The notes: a model not told the origin generated them from the sequence alone. A stretch of DNA of 64,000 nucleotides from Parcubacteria bacterium C7867-001 (GCA_001189095.1 LFCK01000004.1:5674-69673), one strand, 5' to 3'; counted from the stretch's first letter, positions 1-9,673 are shown. Numbers and translations are program-made.

Positions 1-152
1 ATTCGCTGCACTACGCTACTTTGGCGCGTCAGTCTTCGGACTCTTCTTCGCGCTCCAGTTTTATTACGCCTGGGCAATTGCACACATTCTTCTCTCGTTT
101 GTCTCAGCAAAATGGCATTCGTAGACCTGCTACTATATACCTATCCGCAGTC

Positions 153-2264
153 ATGAAAAAAGACGAACTCCCTACGGCTGGAAAAGACTCGCTCATCACG
201 CTCGCGCTCGGGGCCGTCGCTGTCGTAACGTCACTTGCCGCAGGTTGGATAGCACTTTCGCCCACTGACCACACTCCGCGTAAGCCGTTGCCAGCTATTG
301 AGCAACAGATAGCGGCGCTCCGCGGTAAGCAAATAATAAGCTCCGAGCACTACAAAGAAGGGAATGAAACGAGAGTCCGGTATAGCTACATAGGAGAGCC
401 ACTCCCAGCAAAACTCTCTGTCGACGAAGTGGTTGGGAAGCGAACTCCAACCTCCTATACGCGCGATCTTGGAAAAGGGAACGACGGATCGCCGAAACTA
501 CAAGCGCTCGTCTATCCAAAACCCCAGTTCTTCAATAAAGAGGGTACCTGGTACTACCAAGAGTACGGTGTCGCTTCGCAAAAAGCTTTTGATACCGTAT
601 TCCCGAAAGCATTTCTTTCGTCATGGATTCCTGTCGCGTACGCAAAGACGGACTCGGCATACACCAAAGCATCAGGCGACGGGGATGTATATACGAGTGT
701 AGACACCACCGATACCGGCTATGACTGGACTACCGCACACGATTCAAGTAGCGGGTACTCATATGATACGTCTTCAACAATTTTTGGCGTCGGTATCAAT
801 CTGGTCCAGTTTCCGGGTCCGGAAGGTTGTGACGACATAAAGGTCGCTTGTCACACGTACTACACTACGCAGATATTCCGTGGATTCTTACCGTTCGATA
901 CGTCGTCCATACCGTATGGTTCGAAGATTAGCTCCTCAACGCTAATCCTCGTTGAGTCGGGTTCCCTCTCGGATTCTCACAACGATACCAAAGATTATTT
1001 TACGCTCGTGCAGACCACCCAGAATTCCGATCAAGGACTTGAAGTGGGTGATTTCGATCAGGCGGGTTCTGTTACGAGTCCAACCGAGGGAATAGATTCG
1101 GGTCAACGCAAAGATATTAGCTCTATGGTAGCGAATACGTCGTACGCAATGACACTTAATTCAACAGGTCGCAGCTGGATCAAAACGAATGGCCAGCAGA
1201 GCGTGTGTAGTGCGGCAAGCTCTGGAACTGGACAGATCTTTCTTACCTCAGGATCGAGCTGGGTCGTTCCTCCAAACTGGGGCGGCACCAATACCATTGA
1301 AACAATCGGTGGTGGAGGCGGCGGCTCAGCATTCAATTCAGGCGGTGTCGGCGAAGGCGGCGGTGGTGGTGGCGCATATTCGAAAGCAACGAATGTTAGC
1401 CTTGTGCCAGGGAGTACGGTTACCTATGCAATAGGTGCAGGCGGCGGCTTTTCAACCGCTGGCGGGGATACGTATTTCTGTAACTCAACCTCAAATTGCG
1501 CCTCTATTGCTGGTAGTGCAGTGGTGGTTGGTGCAAAAGGAGGTAGCGGCGCTTCGGTCGGAACCGGTGGTGCTGGCGGCGCGTCTGGATCTGGTATTGG
1601 GACTACAAAGGTATCTGGCGGTACAGGAGGGAGTGCTGGGTCATGGGGTGGGGGTGGGGGTGGGGGTGCCGGGGGCCCTTCTGGTGCAGGTGCTAACGGA
1701 GGCTTAAGTAGCACGGGTGGGGGTGGGGGTGGGGGTGCGAGCGGCGGCGCTGCAGGAAGTGCTGGATCTGGCAGTACTGGCGGCGCTGGCGGCAATGGTC
1801 CTCTTGGTTCTGGTGGCGGCGCGGCAAATACAGGCGGCACGAACGGAGGCGGAGGCGGAGGCGGCGATGGCACTGTTGGTGGCGGAGCGGGTGGCGATGG
1901 CACGGATTGGAATAGTACGCATGGCGCAGGCGCAGGCGGTGGCGGTTCAGGAGACAATTCGTTCGTATATGGTGCTAATGGAGGTCTCTATGGCGGCGGC
2001 GGCGGCGGCGCGCCTGATGACTCTGGTTCTGGTGGCGGCTCAGGCGCCGGCGGTATTATTGTCATGAGTGGTTCTGGTTTTGGAAGCGGTATTACCTGTC
2101 TCGGTATTCGGGAAGGACACGACACGACCAACACGAATCCGGGCACAGTCGGAGGAACCTATGCAAACCCGTACTCTTCAGAACAGACGGGGACAAGCCA
2201 AGATCCTGTTCTTGCGGTTACCTACACACCGCCGTTTGCGTTCTGGCAGTTCCAAGATTTCTAA
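153..2264 (+). CDS. Membrane-anchored surface protein with a DNRLRE-like region and an inserted glycine-rich domain
   Basis: ORF 21..2264, likely ATG at 153. N-terminal TM helix (LITLALGAVAVVTSLAAGWIAL), FRGFLPFDTSSIP...PVLAVTY signature, long GGxGG tract starting IFLTSGSSWVVP. Confidence 0.7.
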   Translation: MKKDELPTAGKDSLITLALGAVAVVTSLAAGWIALSPTDHTPRKPLPAIEQQIAALRGKQIISSEHYKEGNETRVRYSYIGEPLPAKLSVDEVVGKRTPTSYTRDLGKGNDGSPKLQALVYPKPQFFNKEGTWYYQEYGVASQKAFDTVFPKAFLSSWIPVAYAKTDSAYTKASGDGDVYTSVDTTDTGYDWTTAHDSSSGYSYDTSSTIFGVGINLVQFPGPEGCDDIKVACHTYYTTQIFRGFLPFDTSSIPYGSKISSSTLILVESGSLSDSHNDTKDYFTLVQTTQNSDQGLEVGDFDQAGSVTSPTEGIDSGQRKDISSMVANTSYAMTLNSTGRSWIKTNGQQSVCSAASSGTGQIFLTSGSSWVVPPNWGGTNTIETIGGGGGGSAFNSGGVGEGGGGGGAYSKATNVSLVPGSTVTYAIGAGGGFSTAGGDTYFCNSTSNCASIAGSAVVVGAKGGSGASVGTGGAGGASGSGIGTTKVSGGTGGSAGSWGGGGGGGAGGPSGAGANGGLSSTGGGGGGGASGGAAGSAGSGSTGGAGGNGPLGSGGGAANTGGTNGGGGGGGDGTVGGGAGGDGTDWNSTHGAGAGGGGSGDNSFVYGANGGLYGGGGGGAPDDSGSGGGSGAGGIIVMSGSGFGSGITCLGIREGHDTTNTNPGTVGGTYANPYSSEQTGTSQDPVLAVTYTPPFAFWQFQDF

Positions 2265-2283
2265 TTTCATCTTTCGGTAGGCG

Positions 2284-3819
2284 TTACGGGATAGTGGTCG
2301 AGAGAAACGATACGGTATGACCATCGGAGCGAGTCACGACTCGTCCTGTTGGATCGATGATGAACGAAGGAGAGGCATTCGCTGATTGGAGATACCATGC
2401 ACGGTTCCGGACGGCATGCACTTTTCCTATCTGCTCCATTTTCTCTGAGAGCGTACGTGAACCGCGGAACCATGCTGGGTTGAATAGCTCAACGAGGACT
2501 GAAGCGCCTTTGTTCGCTGCAAGGTCGTGAAAGAGGTACGGCGATATGGATTCGGAGCAGAGTAACGCGCCTACTATCTTTCCGTTCCATGGCACCGCAA
2601 CTGTCTCCGAGCCGCGCACGAGCGAACGCAGACGGGTAAGATACTGATCTATTTCGGGGTCCCCGAACAGGGAAAGTACCGGTGACGTCGTGTATGGTTG
2701 GTACTCGCCGAGCGGCATCAAGAACATTTTTGCGTACGAAGCAATTTTCCCATGGACGGTGCTGTAGTAATAGAGCGTCGCATGCTCTACGGAACCGGGT
2801 TTCGTCGGCGCTATATATCGGTCATACGATGTTGTGCCTTCAGTTTCAGTCACGCTACGATACTCAGAGTTCACAATGAGAATGTCCTTTCCTTTGAAGA
2901 GGTTAAGAACGCTGTCGTGAAGTTCTATCGAAGAATATGCTTGGTCGAGACTGAATCCTTCAGGAACCACTATCATATCTGGATACGGTTCTCCCTGCGC
3001 GGCTATTTCTTCCATGAGCAGTCGAACTCGGCCGGCGTTATAAGAATCGTCGATTGGTGCTACAGGACTTGCTATCGTCACCTTAAACGGGTTGCTCGTG
3101 TTTTGAGAGGGCGCTGGCACGGTAAGGAATGCGGGAACACAAAGAAGGAGCGCCCCAGCGCACGCAACTTCCACTACATGCTTCGGAGAGTGTTTATTCC
3201 CAAGTAGGAGGGTTGCAGCACATGCGGCAAGAAATCCTACAACGAAATCGAGTACGGTGATGCCGCCGAGTCTCGAAAATTGAAGAAGGTACGGGTTCTC
3301 AGCTAGGGTGTAGCCGAGGGAGGTAACTGAAAAGTGCGGACCGAAGAGCGATTCACGGCCGAGGGTAATAAGGGCGAATCCCCACATACGTCCGTGACCC
3401 TCGAGGGTCCAAAGAAATGCTGCGCTGAGCGGACCAAAACGGCTTTTTCGTATGAGGAAAAGAAGCACTGCAGTGAGAGCGGTTGCGAGAGCCATGCTCG
3501 CCGACGCCATAAACCACATGGAGCCGACCGCGAGTCCCTCAATCCATGGGTCGCTCACATGAAGCCAATTGAGCGGAATGGTATCCCAGAACCATACGAT
3601 ACCCGCTCCTGCCGTTGCGATGCCGAAGAGGAATCCGCGCCACGCAGCACTCGTCTTGTTTTTTGCGGTATGCCAGATGTCGACGAAGAAAAGCGTTAAC
3701 CCGATTGGTGCACAAAACCAGAGAATGGAAAAAGACTCACCGAGCGCTCCTAGCGTGCTCGCAAGAAGAATGAGAAGAACCGAACTCTTTCGCACAGAGT
3801 CTACAAGGTAGTGGTACAT
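2284..3819 (-). CDS. lnt: Apolipoprotein N-acyltransferase
   Basis: Multi-TM N-terminal half plus nitrilase domain with E-K-C triad: VVPEG, YAKMFLMPLGEY, LLCSES. Confidence 0.85.
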   Translation of the reverse strand: MYHYLVDSVRKSSVLLILLASTLGALGESFSILWFCAPIGLTLFFVDIWHTAKNKTSAAWRGFLFGIATAGAGIVWFWDTIPLNWLHVSDPWIEGLAVGSMWFMASASMALATALTAVLLFLIRKSRFGPLSAAFLWTLEGHGRMWGFALITLGRESLFGPHFSVTSLGYTLAENPYLLQFSRLGGITVLDFVVGFLAACAATLLLGNKHSPKHVVEVACAGALLLCVPAFLTVPAPSQNTSNPFKVTIASPVAPIDDSYNAGRVRLLMEEIAAQGEPYPDMIVVPEGFSLDQAYSSIELHDSVLNLFKGKDILIVNSEYRSVTETEGTTSYDRYIAPTKPGSVEHATLYYYSTVHGKIASYAKMFLMPLGEYQPYTTSPVLSLFGDPEIDQYLTRLRSLVRGSETVAVPWNGKIVGALLCSESISPYLFHDLAANKGASVLVELFNPAWFRGSRTLSEKMEQIGKVHAVRNRAWYLQSANASPSFIIDPTGRVVTRSDGHTVSFLSTTIP

Positions 3820-3821
3820 GG

Positions 3822-5165
3822 TTATTGGCTCGGAATGAGCAGAAGTTTTACAACGAGTTCGTCTACCAGCTTTTTATCTTTTGGGGAGAGAACGGGATGC
3901 AAACCCAAATCTTGCTGCTCACTAGGATCGGTATCGATGCGGTACAGATGCACCCCGCCGTCCGGCGTTCGAAGTGCGTGCCAAGGCCACGAAACGGCCG
4001 AGGCAGTCCGTGCGAACCGTGCGCCACCCGGTATCAGTACGGACTGTACCGATGTAGCCATAGAATTCTGTAGATACACGGAGAGGAAGTGGGAGCGAGT
4101 CTCTCCGGTCTGCGCCATACTTATGCTTTGAGGAGCGGTTTCCGTACGCATGGCTTCCACAAGGGAAGCACCTTCGAACGCAGGTTCTTCAGGAAGGTTG
4201 AGAATGTCGAGCAGGGTAGCTGGAAGACTTCGCAGCTCCACATTTCCTCCAATACGCTTTGCGGTTTTTTGTGGAAGAATAATCATGAGCGGTACATGTA
4301 TGCTTTCGTTGTAGAGCGAAAATGCATGCAGGCCGACGCTGCCGTGTTCTCCGAATTCAGCTCCTGCTCCTGAGGTGATAATGACTACTGTATTTGAACG
4401 AAGTCCACTTGCGGCGAGGCGGCCGAAGAATTCTTTGAGTGCTGTGTCGACTGATCGCACGTCTTCCTTATATCCGGCGAGCGAGCGCGCAGCCTCTTCG
4501 CGTGTCGGGCCTCTGGCCTGTGAATTTATTGCTCCAATTTCTGACGACGAAACGTAGGTACCTGATTCGCGCGATCCGTAGGGAATGAAAACTTCGAGCG
4601 GATGGATGAAAAGGAAAAAAGGCGTCTGGGTATCTGTGCGCGCGCTGAGCCACGAAGTCGCCTCAGTAAATATCTTGGGTATGTCGCTTGTTCCGGCCGG
4701 AACAGGTTTGCTTACAAATTCATCGAATCCAGCTCGGACTCGGTATGCCTGACTCGGAAGCGCTGTATTAGAGAAGGCCGCCGTATCGTATCCGGAGGCG
4801 CGCAGGACTTTTGCGATTGTTAGCGTGGAGCTTGCAATAGCGTCTTTGTCCGTCCATATGCCGAGATCCCAAGGATAGCGTCCGGTAAACATCGAGACAT
4901 GGGACGCGAAATCCCAAGGAGCTTGTACGTATGCGTGATCGAATACGATACTCTGGTCGGCAAGCGAAGCAAGAAACGGTGTTGTATCAAGCGTCGGGTC
5001 AAAGAGTGATGTGTACTTCGCCCCGAGGTTTTCAATGGAAATGACAATGACGTTGCAGTTCTTACAAGAAAAGGAGTTTGAAACAGCCGCTCGGTTGAGA
5101 AGGGTAGTAAGCGCCACGCCGACGCCGACGAGAATGATGAGGATGAAAACGGCCCGCGGAATCAT
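3822..5165 (-). CDS. Membrane-anchored sulfatase-like protein (alkaline phosphatase superfamily) with degenerate active site
   Basis: NVIVISIENL, APWDFASHVSMFTGRYP, PFFLFIH, EFGEHG, LYNESIHVPL, LYRIDTDPSEQ. Confidence 0.8.
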   Translation of the reverse strand: MIPRAVFILIILVGVGVALTTLLNRAAVSNSFSCKNCNVIVISIENLGAKYTSLFDPTLDTTPFLASLADQSIVFDHAYVQAPWDFASHVSMFTGRYPWDLGIWTDKDAIASSTLTIAKVLRASGYDTAAFSNTALPSQAYRVRAGFDEFVSKPVPAGTSDIPKIFTEATSWLSARTDTQTPFFLFIHPLEVFIPYGSRESGTYVSSSEIGAINSQARGPTREEAARSLAGYKEDVRSVDTALKEFFGRLAASGLRSNTVVIITSGAGAEFGEHGSVGLHAFSLYNESIHVPLMIILPQKTAKRIGGNVELRSLPATLLDILNLPEEPAFEGASLVEAMRTETAPQSISMAQTGETRSHFLSVYLQNSMATSVQSVLIPGGARFARTASAVSWPWHALRTPDGGVHLYRIDTDPSEQQDLGLHPVLSPKDKKLVDELVVKLLLIPSQ

Positions 5166-5266
5166 GAGTGTAATTCTATACTATGCGCTTTTGAGCGCAG
5201 CGACGTCTCAGCCACCGTGGGTGTCGTCTCGAAGTTCCTCCATTCCTGTTGATATACTCTAGATAC

Positions 5267-6109
5267 ATGACCGAAAGCCGCGCCCTGCAGTATCCTGTTG
5301 GTCCTCTCCGGGAGCTCCTGCTCCCCGCACTATGCGGAGTCTTCTTTTTTCTCCCTTACATATGGGCTGGGTACGCGTTCGTGGTATTCGGGTACACGCA
5401 CTTTTTCATGGCGGCACTGTATCAGTATCGGGCAGGAAAGGTGCTGACGCCGCGATATCTCCTCACCGCAGCAGTTCTCGCGGTTGGCATCGTGGTGTAT
5501 TTTCTGTTTTTTAACCACGGACCACTACCTCTTTTTATTGCAGCAAGCGTAATGTTCGCAGCGCACTTTTCATTCGACGAGTTCACTCTTCATGGTGAGC
5601 GGCTTTCGCTTGCGGGTGTCACGACTGTCATCGGCTTCACAGCACTCTATGCGCTCATCGTCTTTTCGATTCCATTCCCGCAACTTACAAACTTCGTGCC
5701 GCTCTTCGGGCTCTCGCTTCTCGTCGGTGCCGGAGTTCGCTACGTAGCGAAGTCTTCGTCCGTTACCCGCGCGGAACGCTATATATTTCTTATTGAACTT
5801 GTATCAGTCGTTGGGTTTGTCGTCTTTTCAGATCCGGTCAAAGTTGTCGTCGTTATGACGCTCTTGCATTTCGCGAACTGGGCGGTGGCGTATGGTTTCC
5901 GTTTGCGAACTGACCCGGTTCGTGCACGGAAGTATTGGACGGAAACCCTCCTTGCGACACTGTTCGTGCTGCCGTTCTTCGTATTCTATGAGCTAAATAA
6001 TCAGACTCCGTGGCTCGCGTTCTTCTTTGCGCTCTCAACCTATCAAGCTTGGACGCTGGTGCATATAACCTTGTCCTTTGTATCGACTCCATGGCGTCTT
6101 CGCTCGTAA
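5267..6109 (+). CDS. Polytopic membrane protein with four conserved His motifs (paralog 1)
   Basis: GYTHF..YQYRAGK, HFSFDEFTLHGE, LLHFANW, WTLVH; shared with the two following ORFs. Confidence 0.75.
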   Translation: MTESRALQYPVGPLRELLLPALCGVFFFLPYIWAGYAFVVFGYTHFFMAALYQYRAGKVLTPRYLLTAAVLAVGIVVYFLFFNHGPLPLFIAASVMFAAHFSFDEFTLHGERLSLAGVTTVIGFTALYALIVFSIPFPQLTNFVPLFGLSLLVGAGVRYVAKSSSVTRAERYIFLIELVSVVGFVVFSDPVKVVVVMTLLHFANWAVAYGFRLRTDPVRARKYWTETLLATLFVLPFFVFYELNNQTPWLAFFFALSTYQAWTLVHITLSFVSTPWRLRS

Positions 6110-6951
6110 TTCGTCTCCCAGCGCTTCAGTCAAAAGAGGCCATAATGCTTGCTCGCGACATCGGGCTGCCGCTCGCGCTTTTTTCTATTGCGCACGCTCT
6201 GCCGGAATCCACGGTTCTCCTAATCTATATCTGTATCGGGTGGGGCCATCTGTACATGGCGCCTTTGTATCAGTATCGTTCCGGAAAGGTGAATGCGCGT
6301 TACTTGAGTGTTGTTGCGGTACTGGTGGTGCTGACACTCGCTTATTTCGTATTATTTGACAGCAATATATCGCTCTTTGTATTGACTGTCGCGTTCTTCG
6401 GGCTCCATGGAGCAGTCGACGAGTTCTATCTGCACGGGGAGACGCTTACGTGGCGTGGTGCCATAACCGTCGCCGCCTTCGCCGCCCTGTTCGCCGTGGT
6501 CTCTCTTCTTCCGCGCTGGCCTGTCTTTGCGGTCTTCTTGCCGTATATTGCAGCAATCGTGGGCGTTGCATTCTTGCTTCGGTTACTTGTGCTCAAGGAG
6601 CTTCCTTCCCGTACTGAACTCTACTTGCTCTACATGGGTCTTCTTATAGGAGCATTTACCTACAACGCATCTCTCTATACGACTATCGCAGTGGTGAGTT
6701 TGCTGCATTACGCGAACTGGTACATTGGCTACGGTATCAAGGTTAACGATATGCCGCCGCGGCGAGTCCAGTATTGGAGGGAAGTAGCGCTATTTACTGT
6801 CGCTGGTTTCGGTTTTTATTATCTCTACATGCTTGGCGTTCCAGCACTCAAGTATTTCTTCGATCCGTACTATTACACGGCATGGACGCTCTGGCATTTC
6901 GTGCTTTCAAGCCGCTGGGTAAGCGGGCTCAAAAAACCTCTCTTTGGCTGA
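6091..6951 (+). CDS. Polytopic membrane protein with four conserved His motifs (paralog 2)
   Basis: GWGHL..YQYRSGK, HGAVDEFYLHGE, LLHYANW, WTLWH; start codon uncertain. Confidence 0.75.
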   Translation: MASSLVIRLPALQSKEAIMLARDIGLPLALFSIAHALPESTVLLIYICIGWGHLYMAPLYQYRSGKVNARYLSVVAVLVVLTLAYFVLFDSNISLFVLTVAFFGLHGAVDEFYLHGETLTWRGAITVAAFAALFAVVSLLPRWPVFAVFLPYIAAIVGVAFLLRLLVLKELPSRTELYLLYMGLLIGAFTYNASLYTTIAVVSLLHYANWYIGYGIKVNDMPPRRVQYWREVALFTVAGFGFYYLYMLGVPALKYFFDPYYYTAWTLWHFVLSSRWVSGLKKPLFG

Positions 6952-6952
6952 T

Positions 6953-7804
6953 ATGACCAGTCTTTCCATTTCAATCATTCGTTCTCAGGGCTTTCTGATG
7001 CTTCTTCGCGATATCGGGCTGCCATTCGCGCTCTTCGCGCTCTTCGCGCTCCTCCCGAATGACTGGATACTCATGACCTTCGTTATTGTTGCGTGGGGTC
7101 ATATCAATCTCGCGATGCTGTATCAATATCGAGCAGGGAAGATTACCTCCCGGTATGCACTGGTCGCCGCGGCATCTATCGCCCTTGGCGTTGGGTATTT
7201 TCTCTGGGTCGGTTACGAATTCCCGATCTATGTGCTTGGTATTGCGGCGTTCGCACTCCATTTCAGCGTAGATGAATTCTATTTGCACGGAGAGACGCTT
7301 ACGTGGAAGAACGGGATCATTGCAGGCATCGTTACGGCCCTCTTTACCTCAATATCGCTCCTTCCCTCATCTCCCGTATATCAAACGGTCATCATGCTTC
7401 TTGTTGGTTTCGGTCTCGCCGTTCTGGCTCTGCGTTCGGTGGTAGCCCGAATACCGCCCTCACGCACCGAGGTGTATCTTTGCTATGTGGGAGCCCTTCT
7501 CATGGTATTTAAGTTCGGTACGCATTTCTATACAGCGTTCGGTGTCTTAAGCCTCCTGCATTTCGTAAATTGGTACATCGCGTACGGGATGAAGGTATCA
7601 GGTACTGCGCGTGCACTTCGTTACTGGAGCGAGGTCGCGCTCTGTACGGTGATGGGGGCAACACTATTCTTTCTCTACTTCATCGATGCCATATCCTTCC
7701 TTAAATATTTGTTCGGTCCGCTCTACTACACCGCTTGGTCCATATTGCACTTCATTCTTTCGAGTCGGTGGGTGAGTGGGCTGAAGAGGCCGCTGTTCGG
7801 ATAG
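6953..7804 (+). CDS. Polytopic membrane protein with four conserved His motifs (paralog 3)
   Basis: AWGHI..YQYRAGK, HFSVDEFYLHGE, LLHFVNW, WSILH; C-terminus SSRWVSGLKRPLFG nearly identical to paralog 2. Confidence 0.75.
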   Translation: MTSLSISIIRSQGFLMLLRDIGLPFALFALFALLPNDWILMTFVIVAWGHINLAMLYQYRAGKITSRYALVAAASIALGVGYFLWVGYEFPIYVLGIAAFALHFSVDEFYLHGETLTWKNGIIAGIVTALFTSISLLPSSPVYQTVIMLLVGFGLAVLALRSVVARIPPSRTEVYLCYVGALLMVFKFGTHFYTAFGVLSLLHFVNWYIAYGMKVSGTARALRYWSEVALCTVMGATLFFLYFIDAISFLKYLFGPLYYTAWSILHFILSSRWVSGLKRPLFG

Positions 7805-7945
7805 GTTTTAGAAAATGGCTTATATAAAGGCTATTCAGTCGGTAAGGCTATCCACAAGGAACTCGTTTACCCAGTCGGCCCTACATAAAGCGGCTATACT
7901 TATAGGGGTAAGGCCGCTACGGCCTCTTATAAACTAAAGAATCAT

Positions 7946-8362
7946 ATGGCTAAGAAGCTTGCTCTCGTGCTCGGTGTGGTGTTTGTTCTCGTGGGTCTTC
8001 TCGGTATGTTCGTCCCGAATCCGCTCGTCGGTGCAGGTGCGATTTTCGATACCAACACGCTCCACGACATCGTGCATCTCGTGTTCGGCATTATCCTTAT
8101 TGTCGTTGCGCTCAAGGCGCCGATGAAGTCAGGCCTCTGGCTCAAGATCCTCGGCGTCGTGTACCTCCTCATCGCGGTACTCGGCTTCGTGCTTATCCCG
8201 ACCGGTGGAATGCTCCTCGGTCTTGTTGAGGCAAACGATGCGGACCACTGGCTCCATGTCGTGCTCGGCGTCGTGCTTCTTGCTGCAGGTTTCCTCGGCG
8301 GCAAGGGCAAGGCACCGGCTGCTCCTGCAGCTCCCGCTGCTCCGGCAGGTCCGTCGATGTAG
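7946..8362 (+). CDS. DUF4383-like membrane protein
   Basis: Four TM helices, LHDIVHLVFG and ADHWLH motifs, Ala/Pro tail. Confidence 0.7.
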   Translation: MAKKLALVLGVVFVLVGLLGMFVPNPLVGAGAIFDTNTLHDIVHLVFGIILIVVALKAPMKSGLWLKILGVVYLLIAVLGFVLIPTGGMLLGLVEANDADHWLHVVLGVVLLAAGFLGGKGKAPAAPAAPAAPAGPSM

Positions 8363-8429
8363 TCGATGTGCCTTTAGAAAACGCGTCTCGTCGGTTCACC
8401 GGCGGGACGTGTTTTCGTATTGCCAAACA

Positions 8430-8457
8430 AAAACCGGACGCGAAGCGTCCGGTTTTG
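8430..8457. terminator. Bidirectional intrinsic terminator
   Basis: aaaaccggacgc-gaa-gcgtccggtttt between convergent genes. Confidence 0.6.
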
Positions 8458-8468
8458 GTTAGTCGAAC

Positions 8469-8651
8469 TTACGGCTGAGGCAGATGAAAAGCGTGAGCAT
8501 TCGCAATGAGCGCAGATGCGGCCATGGCGGATGATTCAGCGCCGTTCAAGAATGCGACAGCGGTGTGTTCGATGTGCGAGAAGACCTCGGGGACCGATGC
8601 TTTGAGAACAAGAATCGTGAGTCCGAGACCGAGTGCCTGAAGTATACCCAT
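8469..8651 (-). CDS. Small hypothetical membrane protein
   Basis: MGILQALGLGLTILVLK..., hydrophobic N-terminus, ends at the terminator. Confidence 0.55.
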   Translation of the reverse strand: MGILQALGLGLTILVLKASVPEVFSHIEHTAVAFLNGAESSAMAASALIANAHAFHLPQP

Positions 8652-8881
8652 AGGATAATCTGGTAATCGGATAAATCGTGAGCGAATGCGCACGATAAGA
8701 CTGCAGTAACGCGGTCTCGATGGTTCTTATTCTCAATGTCCGGTCCCTCTAGTCTCTAGAACCCTTAGTATAGAAATAAGGTTGCTCTCCAGCTCTCTAC
8801 GAAAACGAGAAGGCCCACCGAGGCGAACCTTTCGCCTGGGTGGGCCCAGAGTTCAGGAGCTAGTCGGCCTGAACGTTGTAT

Positions 8882-9598
8882 TTAATGCAGGGGCACAAGG
8901 GGATTGCGAGTGAAGTACTCCTCACGCCCATGGACGCCCGATGAGATGATTCTCAAGAACTGTCTGTTGAAGTTCTCAAGGACTGGCAGGCTTTCGTGCG
9001 GCGTCAGGATGCCGATGCGGTGCACTTCGCCCGCTTTGAGGAAGGTCGCGTCGCTGTATGGATACATATCGGCAGCGTGTCCGATATCGCCGTCGAGCGA
9101 GGTGTCTTCGTGTTCCGCATCCCACACAGCGCAACTGTCGTCGAGGTTATTCGCGAGCAGAATTTTGACATCCCGATCGAGTGTAACAAGACTTTTGTTG
9201 TTTGAGCCCCACCGATACGGAGAGGGTCTGCCCCATCCCCATTCGATCGGAGCGGGAGTTGGAGTCTGTCGAGGAGGTGGGGAACCCCAACCGTACCCGG
9301 GGGTGGGTTGCCCTCCCCACATGTACAACGGGTTGACTGGGTGCTTCCCAGCTTCGGTATGAAGTGCCCTCTCGTACTGCGCCCGCTGTCCGCGGTGCGG
9401 TTTTCCTGCCGAAGCGAGAGACTCGTCGATGGTCAGGAAGCCGAGATCGCCCTTCTTCACGAACACTGATTCAACGATGTCCTGATAGGGGGCATAGATA
9501 TCTGGAATCGATGCTGCGTCGCCCTGAATGTAGGGCATCATGAGGCATCTAATTCCAGAAAATTGAGGGAACACTACTACTTGTCCAGTTGCGGTCAT
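8882..9598 (-). CDS. Hypothetical protein, possible 2OG-Fe(II) dioxygenase fold
   Basis: SD AAAGGAGG before ATG 9598; LHTEAG ... PHESLP ... RQFLR pattern (HxE...H...R); internal WG/Pro-rich low-complexity insert. Confidence 0.55.
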   Translation of the reverse strand: MTATGQVVVFPQFSGIRCLMMPYIQGDAASIPDIYAPYQDIVESVFVKKGDLGFLTIDESLASAGKPHRGQRAQYERALHTEAGKHPVNPLYMWGGQPTPGYGWGSPPPRQTPTPAPIEWGWGRPSPYRWGSNNKSLVTLDRDVKILLANNLDDSCAVWDAEHEDTSLDGDIGHAADMYPYSDATFLKAGEVHRIGILTPHESLPVLENFNRQFLRIISSGVHGREEYFTRNPLVPLH

Positions 9599-9673
9599 TA
9601 CCGCCTCCTTTAGTTTGAGTCCGGGTGATTTATAGTACAAGTTCTACTATTTGTCGAATGCTTTTGGGGTAAG

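Noticed and set aside
1424-1957. Pro-rich ORF on the minus strand
   Set aside because: Antisense shadow of the GGN codons in the Gly-rich protein.
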